A DNA stretch of 40,192 nucleotides from Planctomycetota bacterium (GTDB lineage: Bacteria; Planctomycetota; Planctomycetia; Pirellulales; UBA1268), in contig VGYR01000002.1 of NCBI GenBank assembly GCA_016872925.1, positions 1-40,192 on the forward strand. Reading direction: 5' to 3'. Below, piece by piece: positions 18,405-26,830 of the stretch (positions are counted from its first letter, which is position 1; each line of letters begins with the position of its first letter). Position numbers and translations under genes: made by a program. The notes below the pieces were generated by a model. The model did no database searches. It saw only the letters and a list, made by a program, of their open reading frames with translations, and was not told where the DNA came from.

Positions 18405-18869
18405 TCACCCGCCGGCCGGGGCGTCCTCGCAGCCGGATTCCAGGGCCGCGATCTTCGCCACGCGGCGGGCATGGCGGCCCCCCTCGAATGGCGTCGTCAG
18501 CCAGGTGCGGATGATCTTGTCCTGAGCTTCCGGGCCGATCAACTCCGCGGACAGGCAGAGCACGTTGAGGTCGTTGTGCCGCCGGCTCATCTCGGCGGTC
18601 ACCTCGTCGTGGCAGGTGGCGGCCCGCACGCCGTCGAGTTTGTTGGCCGCGATCGCCATCCCGACCCCGGTGCAGCACAACAGGATGCCGCGGTCGACCG
18701 TGCCGGCGCTCACCCGGCGGGCCACGTCCGCGGCCACGTCCGGATAGTCGACCGGCTGCTCACCCTCCGAGCCGCAATCGATCACCTCGTTGCCCAGCCT
18801 TTCCAGCAGGCCGATCAACCGCTTGCGGGCCGTCACGCCCCGGTGGTCACTCCCAATTGCGATCCGCAT
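18405..18869 (-). CDS. rpiB: Ribose-5-phosphate isomerase B (RpiB/LacA/LacB family)
   Basis: MRIAIGSDHRG...GILLCCTGVGMAIAANK...RAATCHD...RRHNDLNVLCL are hallmark RpiB blocks. The start is at 18869. Confidence 0.9.
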   Translation of the reverse strand: MRIAIGSDHRGVTARKRLIGLLERLGNEVIDCGSEGEQPVDYPDVAADVARRVSAGTVDRGILLCCTGVGMAIAANKLDGVRAATCHDEVTAEMSRRHNDLNVLCLSAELIGPEAQDKIIRTWLTTPFEGGRHARRVAKIAALESGCEDAPAGG

Positions 18870-18909
18870 CGATCCCGCTGCTCCTCGTGTCGGCCGGCGG
18901 GCGGAGCCT

Positions 18910-20049
18910 TCAGTCCGCCCGAGGTTCGACTCCGAGTGTATCCATTCTGGCCACCAGATGCCCGTGAATCTGTCGAGCGCAGTTCCGGTAGGTTTCCAGC
19001 GAGCCCCCCACCGGGTCGACGACGTCGCGGCGGTCAGTCGCGAGCAGGGCCACGCGTCCGCCCGCCTCGGGAAACTGCGCAAGGATTGCGGCCCGATGGG
19101 CGGCGGTCATGGTCAGGATCACGTCCGCCTGCGACACCAGGGACTCGGTCAGCGGCTGGCTCTCGTGTCCGGCCAGATCGGCCCCCAACTCGCGGACCGC
19201 CTCGACGGCGTTGGCGCTGGCGGGACCTCCTCCCCACGCCGCCAGCCCGGCGCTGGAAACCACGACGCCACGCCGCTCGATCTCGTCGGGGCGGCAGCCG
19301 AGCCGCTCGGCCGCCATCATCCTGAACAGCGCCTCGGCCATCGGGCTTCGACACGTGTTTCCCGTGCAGACGAACAGCACCATCAGGCTCGCCAGCCGCT
19401 GGAGTGCGTCCTCGGTGACGACCCCCGGCCGAACCAGGCGGAACGAGTCTCCCGTGAGTTCGATGGTCGATGGCGGCTGGGAGTAGCGGGCACGGCCGTC
19501 GTCAATCACCAGCCCGACCGCGCCGCCGGCCCGCTCGATCACGCTCGCCGCATCGACGGCCCTGCCTCCCGACGGGGACGCCGGTTCGGCGAGGATCACC
19601 GGTCCCAGCAGCATCCGCATGCAATCGGCGAGGAGCGGATGCCCCGGGATGCGGATCCGCAGGCGACCTCCTCCCAACACCGCGTCGCGCATCGGCTCGG
19701 GCAGACGGTAGACCAGGCTGTCGCGATGGTCGTCGGGCACGAGCATCGCGACCGGACCGGGCCAGCACCGGCGGGCGAGCCGTCGGCCGACGGGTGTGAT
19801 CCGGGGGGCCCAGTCGAGCGCCTCCTCGTGGCTCTTGAGCGCCAGCGTCAGGAGCGGCTCACCGGCATGCTGCTCCGCGAGGGCCGCGAGGGCCCGCGCC
19901 GCGGTCGCACAGCGGCCGCTCGCCGCCACCACGTAGTCGGTTTCCGTCGGGAAGGCGACGCAGTGCCCCTCGGCGAGGGCCTGAACCGCGCGATGCACGA
20001 CGTCCCGCGGGTCTTCGGTGCGGCGCAGATCGATGACCATCGGCGGCAT
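18910..20049 (-). CDS. In-frame fusion of an N-terminal YrdC/Sua5/TsaC-like domain and a C-terminal low-molecular-weight phosphatase (YwlE-like, possible protein-arginine/tyrosine phosphatase)
   Basis: The N-terminal part has the YrdC fold pattern (CVAFPTETDYVVAAS ... RCWPGPVAMLVP ... RIRIPGHPL). The C-terminal part has the LMW-PTP P-loop VCTGNTCRSPMAEALF and DPxGG (DVVDPVGGS). No stop codon separates the two parts. An internal Met at 19383 (MVLFVCTGN) could also initiate a stand-alone phosphatase. Confidence 0.75.
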   Translation of the reverse strand: MPPMVIDLRRTEDPRDVVHRAVQALAEGHCVAFPTETDYVVAASGRCATAARALAALAEQHAGEPLLTLALKSHEEALDWAPRITPVGRRLARRCWPGPVAMLVPDDHRDSLVYRLPEPMRDAVLGGGRLRIRIPGHPLLADCMRMLLGPVILAEPASPSGGRAVDAASVIERAGGAVGLVIDDGRARYSQPPSTIELTGDSFRLVRPGVVTEDALQRLASLMVLFVCTGNTCRSPMAEALFRMMAAERLGCRPDEIERRGVVVSSAGLAAWGGGPASANAVEAVRELGADLAGHESQPLTESLVSQADVILTMTAAHRAAILAQFPEAGGRVALLATDRRDVVDPVGGSLETYRNCARQIHGHLVARMDTLGVEPRAD

Positions 20050-20350
20050 GGCGCGGGGCCGGGTGGCCTTGGCAGCCGAGGGCCGAGGCCGCCGATCTTC
20101 CGACAACCGGCCGCACGGCAATGACTTCCCGAAAACTACCGCGGTCCGCGCGGGCCAGTCAAGCATCGGTGGCTGGGCAAGACGCGTCGACTGCCTCGCC
20201 CGGACTGGCACTGCTCCGCTTCCTGCCGGCAGGATGGATCGGTGCCGCCGCCGCTTTCCTGGGCGGACACTTTTCGGCTTGTGGCGGCCCATCCGGCGCC
20301 GGTATCTCTCCCCGGCTTCCGCCTCCGCCACCCGGGAATCGGCCCGCCCG

Positions 20351-23300
20351 ATGACCAGACGCTCCTTCCCGATCCGCCTCCAAGCGGTCCGGCCGCTGGC
20401 CGCGGCCCTGCTCTGCCTGCTGGCCGCCCCGGGGGCGGCGCAGGTCCCGGAGCGGCTTCCGCCCGTCGGCGAGACCGCGGCCGCCGCCACGGCGCAGGGC
20501 GACGTGATCGTCGAGGTGCGCATCGAGGGCAACCACGCCACGGACGTCTCGAAGCTGCCGAAGCTCGGCACTCGGGCCGGACAGATCTTCGATCCGCAGG
20601 CGATCGAGGAGGACGTCCGCACGCTCCACCGGTCGCGGAAGTTCATCGACGTGCATCCCAAGTACGTGCGGGTCGCCGAGGGGATCGTGGTGGTCTTTCA
20701 GGTGGTCGAGCGGCCCCTGCTGCGGTACGTGAAGTACGTCGGCAACGAGCGGGTCACGACCCGCACCCTCCGCAAGAAGGCGGAGATCGATGTCGGCGAC
20801 TCGATGGATCCGTACGTCGTCGAGGAGGCTCGGAGGAGGATCGAGTCGCACTACCACGAGAAGGGTTTCGAGGGGGCCCGGGTGACGACCGTCGAAGGCA
20901 GCAAGCCTGGGGACAAGGGGGCCGTGTTCCTGATCGACGAGGGACGCAACCGCAAGGCGCTGTGGACGACGTTCGTCGGCAACACCATCGCCAGCGACGC
21001 CCGCCTGCTGACGCAGATCAAGTCGAAGCCGGGGGTGCTCTGGGTCCTCGGCGGCAACGTCGACGGGAACGTGATCGACCAGGACGTCGAGACGCTGACG
21101 TCCTATTACCGGAGCCTGGGGTTCTTCCAGGCGAAGGTGGGACGGGAGGTCGAGGTGGTGCACGAGGGGACGCGTGACTGGACCCACATCACCTTCGTGA
21201 TCAACGAGGGCCCCCGGTACACCGTCCGCAACGTCTCGTTCCTGGGCAACAGCAAGTTCAAGACGGAGTTCCTCGAACGGGACCTGAAGCTCAAGGGGGG
21301 CGAACACTTCAACCAGTCCAAGATGGACGCCGACCTGAATCTGATCCGCGACATCTACGGCGGCCGGGGATTCGTGTTCGCCGACATCCGTGCCGATCCA
21401 CGCTTCCTCGAGGAGCCCGGCCAGCTCGACCTGGTCTACAACGTCTCGGAGGGGCAGCGGTACCGGGTCGGCAAGATCAACGTCCGGATCCGCGGTGAGC
21501 ACCCGCACACGCGGCACAGCACCGTGCTCAACCGACTCTCCCTGCGGCCCGGCGACATCCTCGACATCCGCAAGCTGCGCGACGACGAGCGGCGGCTCAA
21601 GTCGAGCAGCCTGTTCCTCGCCGATGCAGCGAAGGGAGAGGGTCCCAAGATCGTGTTCTCCAAGCCCGAGCCCGGTGACACCCGAGTGGCTCGCGAGCCG
21701 GAACCCGCCAAGCCGCCCGGCTTCCGCGGCCAGAGCCCCGACGACGAGCCTGCCGCGGTGCTCGATCTGGTTCTGGAAGCCACGTGGAACGACCGCGAAT
21801 CCCAGGCGGCCGCCGACGAGCCGGCGGCCAGCGACCAGCCGGCGGCCACGGCAGCCCGGCCGGTGTGGCGCGGCCAGAGTCCCGGGTATCCGGTGGCAGG
21901 CCCCGCGCAGCCATTCGCGGCTCCCGCCGGAGTCCCCCAGCAGCCTGCGTTCCAGGTGCCGGTGATGGCACCGCCGCCGCAGGGCTGGCCCACCGCGACG
22001 CCCGCTCCGGTCCCAACGCCGGCCGCGGCCGCCTGGGGTGGCGCCGCCCTGGCCCCGGCCGCCCCCAATGCGCTCGACTACTCGCGGACCATCGCACCGC
22101 CGCCCCAGGTCTACACGGCCCAGCAGCAGCTGCCGCCCGGCCAGCAGCCGGCCCTGCAGCCGGCGCTCGGGGGTGGCATGCCGTTCGGCGCGACGCCGGT
22201 CGCCCAGTTCGATCCCAACCAGCCCCCCGCATTCCAGCAGCCGGGCATGGTGCCCGACTTCGGGGCCGACCCCTCGCAGGTGTTCCCGGGCAACGAACCC
22301 TACGTGATCGTGGACGTCGACGCCGAGGAGACCCAGACCGGGCGGCTGATGATCGGTGCGGGCGTCAACTCCAACGCCGGTCTCGTGGGCAACATCGTGA
22401 TCGACGAGCAGAACTTCGACATCCTGCGCCTGCCCCGCAGCTGGGACGACATCCGCAACGGCACCGCCTTCCGGGGAGCCGGACAGCGGTTCCGGCTGGA
22501 AGCCGCCCCGGGCACCCAGCTGCAGCGGTACATGGCCACCTTCCAGGAGCCGTACCTGTTCGACACCCGCATCGGGTTGTCGCTCTCGGCCTCCTACTTC
22601 ACCCGCTACTTCTACGACTGGGCCGAGGCCCGCACGGGCGGCCGGATCGGCCTGGGATACCAGTTCCAGTTCGCTCCCGACCTGTCGGTGAATGCCGGCT
22701 TCCGCGGCGAGAGCGTCGACGTCTTCAATCCCCGGCTCAAGACACCGGACATCGTCGACATGCTCGGCACCAACTCGGTGTACGGCTTCAGCGCGGGGGT
22801 CATCCACGACACCCGCGACAGCCCCTTCCTGCCGACGCAGGGGCATCTGGCGACGTTCGAGTTTGAACAGGTGATCGGCACCTTCGTCTATCCCCGCGGC
22901 ATCGCCGAGGCGAGGCAGTACTTCCTGCTCAACGAGCGGCCCGACGGCTCCGGTCGCCACGTGCTCTCGATCGGCTCGATTCTCGGCGTCTCAGGACCGG
23001 ACACGCCCGCCTACGACAACTTCTTCGCCGGCGGCTACAACACCATCCGCGGCTTCGTGTTCCGCGGCGCCAGCCCCCGGCAGACGGTCGCCGGCAAGGA
23101 GCCGCTGCCCGGGCAGGCTGCGGCGATCGTCGGCGGCCCGTTCGAGTGGCTCAACACGATCGAGTACATGTTCCCGATCACCGCCGACGACACGCTCCGC
23201 GGGGTCGTGTTCACCGACGTCGGCACCGTCGAGTCGAACGTGTCGATCAACAACATGCGGGTCGCGCCGGGTTTCGGCCTGCGAATCACGCTGCCGGCCA

Positions 23301-23401
23301 TGGGCCCGGCCCCGATCGCCCTCGATTTCGCCGTCCCGGTGGCCTACGCCCCGTACGACAGCAAGCAGCTGTTCAGCTTCTTCGTGGGATTCGCACGATG
23401 A
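20351..23401 (+). CDS. bamA: Outer-membrane protein assembly factor BamA (Omp85/D15 family) with a long low-complexity insert
   Basis: The signal peptide is MTRRSFPIRLQAVRPLAAALLCLLAAPGAAQ. POTRA-like repeats are visible (…IEGN…, FVGN…, FLGN…). The C-terminal surface-antigen barrel shows RLMIGAGVNSNAGLVG…, FFAGGYNTIRGF and GFGLRI. I chose the start at 20351 over the upstream Arg-rich extension. Confidence 0.88.
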   Translation: MTRRSFPIRLQAVRPLAAALLCLLAAPGAAQVPERLPPVGETAAAATAQGDVIVEVRIEGNHATDVSKLPKLGTRAGQIFDPQAIEEDVRTLHRSRKFIDVHPKYVRVAEGIVVVFQVVERPLLRYVKYVGNERVTTRTLRKKAEIDVGDSMDPYVVEEARRRIESHYHEKGFEGARVTTVEGSKPGDKGAVFLIDEGRNRKALWTTFVGNTIASDARLLTQIKSKPGVLWVLGGNVDGNVIDQDVETLTSYYRSLGFFQAKVGREVEVVHEGTRDWTHITFVINEGPRYTVRNVSFLGNSKFKTEFLERDLKLKGGEHFNQSKMDADLNLIRDIYGGRGFVFADIRADPRFLEEPGQLDLVYNVSEGQRYRVGKINVRIRGEHPHTRHSTVLNRLSLRPGDILDIRKLRDDERRLKSSSLFLADAAKGEGPKIVFSKPEPGDTRVAREPEPAKPPGFRGQSPDDEPAAVLDLVLEATWNDRESQAAADEPAASDQPAATAARPVWRGQSPGYPVAGPAQPFAAPAGVPQQPAFQVPVMAPPPQGWPTATPAPVPTPAAAAWGGAALAPAAPNALDYSRTIAPPPQVYTAQQQLPPGQQPALQPALGGGMPFGATPVAQFDPNQPPAFQQPGMVPDFGADPSQVFPGNEPYVIVDVDAEETQTGRLMIGAGVNSNAGLVGNIVIDEQNFDILRLPRSWDDIRNGTAFRGAGQRFRLEAAPGTQLQRYMATFQEPYLFDTRIGLSLSASYFTRYFYDWAEARTGGRIGLGYQFQFAPDLSVNAGFRGESVDVFNPRLKTPDIVDMLGTNSVYGFSAGVIHDTRDSPFLPTQGHLATFEFEQVIGTFVYPRGIAEARQYFLLNERPDGSGRHVLSIGSILGVSGPDTPAYDNFFAGGYNTIRGFVFRGASPRQTVAGKEPLPGQAAAIVGGPFEWLNTIEYMFPITADDTLRGVVFTDVGTVESNVSINNMRVAPGFGLRITLPAMGPAPIALDFAVPVAYAPYDSKQLFSFFVGFAR
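21660..22290 (+). other. Pro/Ala/Gln-rich low-complexity linker inside bamA, between the POTRA region and the barrel
   Basis: About 210 codons are dominated by P, A, Q and G. The segment contains two copies of an (F/W)RGQSP motif (21722..21739 and 21865..21882). Confidence 0.8.
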
Positions 23402-24615
23402 GCCCCCGCGCCGACCGAGCCGCGTCGCCGACCGCCGAGCGGATTCTCGTGGTCTGCACGCAGTACCTCGGCGACACGCTCCTGGCGATCCCCTTCCTCC
23501 GCAACCTGCGTCGTCGGCATCCGCTGGCGGTGATCGACGTCTGCGCGGCGGCGGGCCCGCGGGCCCTGCTGGACGCCTGCCCCTACATCGATCGGTTCGT
23601 GTCGTGGCAGCGGCCGCCGCGGCGGCGGCGACGGATCGCCACCGCCTGGGCCGGGATCGTCGCCGAGGCGGCGTGGCTGCGGTCGCAACGATACTCCCGG
23701 GCCTACCTGCTCAAGCCTTCCCTGTCAGCGGGCGTGCTCGCCACGCTCGCCGGGATTCCCGCGCGCATCGGCTTTCACGGCGAGAGCGGCCCGTTCCTCA
23801 CGCGGCGGGTGTGGAGGGGGGTCGGCAGGCACCAGGTCGAGGCCTACCTCGACCTGCTGCGTGCCGAGGGAGCGGAGGTGGACGACGCCCACAACGAGAA
23901 CTGGGTGGCGGAGGACGCGGCCCACCGAGTCGCCGCCCTGCTGGAGAGACTGCCCGCCGGGCAGGCCCGCGTGTTCCTCGCCGTCCGGACCACCGACCCC
24001 CTCAAGCTCTGGCCGGCCGACCGCTGGCGGACGCTGCTCCGCTGGCTGGTCGAGGACCGTGGCTGCGAGCTGGTTCTCTGCGGCGGTCCGGCCGACCGTG
24101 CCGCGCACGGCGAACTGCTCCGCTCCTGCCCGGCGGCGCTGGCGGCACACCTCCACGATCTCTCGGCCGAGGTTCCCCTGGCCGATGCCGCGGCGCTCAT
24201 GGCGCGGATGGATCTGTGCATCGGCGTCGACACGGGCATGGTGCACCTGGCGGCCTCGGTGGGCGTACCCGTGGCCGTGATCGCGGGGCCGTCGGACCCG
24301 AATCGCTGGCAGCCGTGGGGCACCCGCTCGGTCGTGCTGCGATCGGCGCGCCTGCGCACGTCCTGGAGCGATCGTCTGGAGATGGCGGCGCGCCGCGGGG
24401 CTCCGCTCGGCTGGCCACTGGGCCGGGCGGACATCGACGACATCGGCGTGGATGACGTCCGGGCGGCCGTGACGCCGCTCCTCGCCGAGCGACCCGTTCG
24501 GACCCTCGATCTCACGCACGGCTCGTTCCGCTATGCCGTCGTCGCGGACGGCGGATCGGCCGTCGGACCCGTCAGCCGCGGGCCGGCACCGGCGGCCGCG
24601 ATCCCCGCGACGTAG
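23398..24615 (+). CDS. Glycosyltransferase family 9 (LPS heptosyltransferase-like)
   Basis: ILVVCTQYLGDTLLAIPFLRNLR is the typical GT9 N-terminus. The C-terminal half carries GGPADR…, L.DAAALMARMDLCIGVDTGMVHLAA and GVPVAVI.GPSDP.RW.P. ATGA overlaps the bamA stop. The C-terminal ~30 aa overlap the convergent gene and may not be meaningful. Confidence 0.85.
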   Translation: MSPRADRAASPTAERILVVCTQYLGDTLLAIPFLRNLRRRHPLAVIDVCAAAGPRALLDACPYIDRFVSWQRPPRRRRRIATAWAGIVAEAAWLRSQRYSRAYLLKPSLSAGVLATLAGIPARIGFHGESGPFLTRRVWRGVGRHQVEAYLDLLRAEGAEVDDAHNENWVAEDAAHRVAALLERLPAGQARVFLAVRTTDPLKLWPADRWRTLLRWLVEDRGCELVLCGGPADRAAHGELLRSCPAALAAHLHDLSAEVPLADAAALMARMDLCIGVDTGMVHLAASVGVPVAVIAGPSDPNRWQPWGTRSVVLRSARLRTSWSDRLEMAARRGAPLGWPLGRADIDDIGVDDVRAAVTPLLAERPVRTLDLTHGSFRYAVVADGGSAVGPVSRGPAPAAAIPAT

Positions 24616-25841
24616 CCGCTCGCCCAGGCCCACTGGAAGTTGAAGCCGCCGATGCGGCCGTCGACGTCGAGCATCTCGCCGGCGAGATGCAGACCCGGAC
24701 AGATCCGGCTCTCCAGCGTGTCGAGCCGGACCTCCGTGAGCGGCACGCCCCCCGCCGTCGCCTCGGCGACCGCGAAGCCGCGGTCTCCGGCGATCGGCAG
24801 CGGCGTGGCGACCACCGCGGCGGCCAGCGCCCGCCGCAGTTCGCGGGGCAGGTCGCCGGCAACCGGTGCCGCCGCCGCCGCGCACAGGCACCGGGAGAGC
24901 CGCTCGGTGAGCCGCTCGCGAAGCACGGCCAACGCCCCACGCCCCTGACCCGCCACCAGGAGTCGATCGATCGACTCGGCCGTCTCGCCGGGCAGCCAGT
25001 TGATCGCCAGCGTCGCCGACGCATCGGCATGCCGGGCGATGAGCCAATGGCGGCTGATGTCGAGTACGGCGGGGCCCGACAGGCCCAGGTGCGTGCACAG
25101 CACGCTGCCGGTGACGGCCTGCAGCAGCTTTCCGGCGCCGGAGCGGAGCGAGAGGGTGGCGGGCAGCGCCAGGCCAGACAGCGCGGTGATCCAGTGGCCG
25201 GCCGGCAGCAGCAGCGGCACGAGCGCCGGCACCAGCGGATCGGCGAGCGTGTGGCCCAGCGACCTGGCCAGGTCCAGGCCCTCGCCGTCGGAGCCCGACT
25301 TCGGCAGCGATTTGCCCCCCGTGCAGAGGATGACGCGGCCGGTGCGGATCGTCCCCGCCGCCGTCGTCACCACGAAGCCGGCGGCCGCGCCGGTGATCGC
25401 CGAGACCCGCGCGGGGTGCAGCAGCTCGACGCCTGCCGCCGACGCCTCGCGGAGCAGCGCGTCGAGGATGGTCCGCGAGGAGTCGGAGACCGGAAACAGT
25501 TTTCCGGTGTCGGCCTCGCGATAGAACTCCACCCCGGCCGCCCCGAAGAACGCGGTCGTGTCGGCGACGGTGAACCTTCTGAGCACCTTGCGGATGGCGG
25601 GGGGGGTGGCACCGGCATAGTCGGCTTCGGTGACCGCATGATGCGTGACGTTGCAGCGACCGCCGCCGGCCACCAGGATCTTCGCGCCCAGCCTGCGGGC
25701 CCCGTCGACGGCGAGGATCGTCAGCGGCCGGCCGGCCGCCCGCGCCGTGCGGCCCGCCCAGGTGGCGGCGAACAGGCCCGCCGCCCCGGCACCGACGACG
25801 AGCAGATCGACCTCGCGGCAGCCCGCACCGGCGGCGGCCAT
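24531..25841 (-). CDS. HI0933/BaiN-type NAD(P)/FAD-dependent flavoprotein (aminoacetone-oxidase-family oxidoreductase)
   Basis: The FAD-binding motif is DLLVVGAGAAGLFAA. GGGRCNVTH, ILCTGGKS and the C-terminal GEMLDVDGRIGGFNFQWAWASGYVAG are signatures of this family. The start at 25841 lies 2 nt after the AKR stop. Confidence 0.85.
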   Translation of the reverse strand: MAAAGAGCREVDLLVVGAGAAGLFAATWAGRTARAAGRPLTILAVDGARRLGAKILVAGGGRCNVTHHAVTEADYAGATPPAIRKVLRRFTVADTTAFFGAAGVEFYREADTGKLFPVSDSSRTILDALLREASAAGVELLHPARVSAITGAAAGFVVTTAAGTIRTGRVILCTGGKSLPKSGSDGEGLDLARSLGHTLADPLVPALVPLLLPAGHWITALSGLALPATLSLRSGAGKLLQAVTGSVLCTHLGLSGPAVLDISRHWLIARHADASATLAINWLPGETAESIDRLLVAGQGRGALAVLRERLTERLSRCLCAAAAAPVAGDLPRELRRALAAAVVATPLPIAGDRGFAVAEATAGGVPLTEVRLDTLESRICPGLHLAGEMLDVDGRIGGFNFQWAWASGYVAGIAAAGAGPRLTGPTADPPSATTA

Positions 25842-25843
25842 CG

Positions 25844-26830
25844 CTACCACCGGTGGTGCACGTGGGGTCGGATCAGCGAATCGTAGACCTCCTGAACCGC
25901 CTCCATCGTCTCGGGAGACGGTCTCGGCAGGGCGGTGGCGGACGCATTCTCGATCACGCGCGCGGCACCCCGCGCTCCGGGGATCACGCAGGTCACGGCC
26001 TCGAAGGCCAGGATCCAGCGAAGGGCGAACTGCGCGAGGGTCATCCCCGCCGGCACGAACGGCCTGAGCCGCTCCACGGCCGCCAGTGCCGTCTCGTACG
26101 GCACACCCGAGAACGTCTCTCCCTTGTCGAATGCGGACCCTTCCCGGTTGAAGCTGCGGTGATCGTCGTCCGGAAACACGGTCTCGCGGGTGAGCGTGCC
26201 CGAGAGCAGGCCGCTGGCGAGCGGCACGCGGGCGATGACCGCCACCCGGCGGCGGAGCGCCTGCTCGAAGAACAGCTCGATCGGCCGGAGGCGGAAGGCG
26301 TTGAAGATGATCTGCACGCTCTGCACGTTGGGGTAGTCGATCGCCTTGAGCGCCTCCTCGACCTTCTCGACGCTCACGCCGTAGAAGGCGATCTTGCCGG
26401 CGGTCACGAGGTCGTCGAGCGCCGCGAACACCTCGGGCCGGTAATAGACTTCCACGGGCGGGCAATGGAGCTGCACGAGATCCAGCCGCTCCACGCCGAG
26501 GTTCGCAAGACTGCGATCGACGAACGCCCCGAGATTCGCGGCCGTGTAGCCGGCAGCGGCATGCGGCGACAGCCGCCGGCCGGCCTTGGTGGCCACGATG
26601 AAGGGCTCGTCCCGCTCGCGGCGCAGCCTGCCGAGCAGCTGCTCCGAGCGGCCGTCGCCATAGACGTCGGCGGTGTCGAAGAACGTGATTCCGCTGTCGA
26701 CGGCCGCATGCAGGGCGGCCATCGACTCCACGTCGTCGGCGCCTCCCCAGGCACCGCCGCCAATGCCCCAGGCGCCGAAGCCCACCTCCGACACTCGCCA
26801 GCCGGTGCGTCCAAACGGTCGTGTGTTCAT
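25844..26830 (-). CDS. Aldo-keto reductase
   Basis: MNTRPFGRTGWRVSEVGFGAWGIGG, FFDTADVYGDGRSE, VATK and LDLVQLH are classic AKR blocks (catalytic D/Y/K/H context). Confidence 0.9.
   Translation of the reverse strand: MNTRPFGRTGWRVSEVGFGAWGIGGGAWGGADDVESMAALHAAVDSGITFFDTADVYGDGRSEQLLGRLRRERDEPFIVATKAGRRLSPHAAAGYTAANLGAFVDRSLANLGVERLDLVQLHCPPVEVYYRPEVFAALDDLVTAGKIAFYGVSVEKVEEALKAIDYPNVQSVQIIFNAFRLRPIELFFEQALRRRVAVIARVPLASGLLSGTLTRETVFPDDDHRSFNREGSAFDKGETFSGVPYETALAAVERLRPFVPAGMTLAQFALRWILAFEAVTCVIPGARGAARVIENASATALPRPSPETMEAVQEVYDSLIRPHVHHRW

Noticed and set aside
19383-19385. Treating the LMW phosphatase as a separate gene that starts at the internal Met (MVLFVCTGN).
   Set aside because: No stop codon lies between the YrdC-like part and the phosphatase part, so the upstream ORF necessarily reads through. 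I annotated one fusion CDS and kept internal initiation as an open possibility rather than a separate feature.
20222-20233. A perfect 12-bp palindrome CCTGCCGGCAGG in the bamA upstream region, considered as a possible operator.
   Set aside because: In ~40 kb of GC-biased sequence, several 12-bp palindromes are expected by chance (roughly 1 per 4 kb even without compositional bias). There is no second copy or flanking promoter element to support a binding site.
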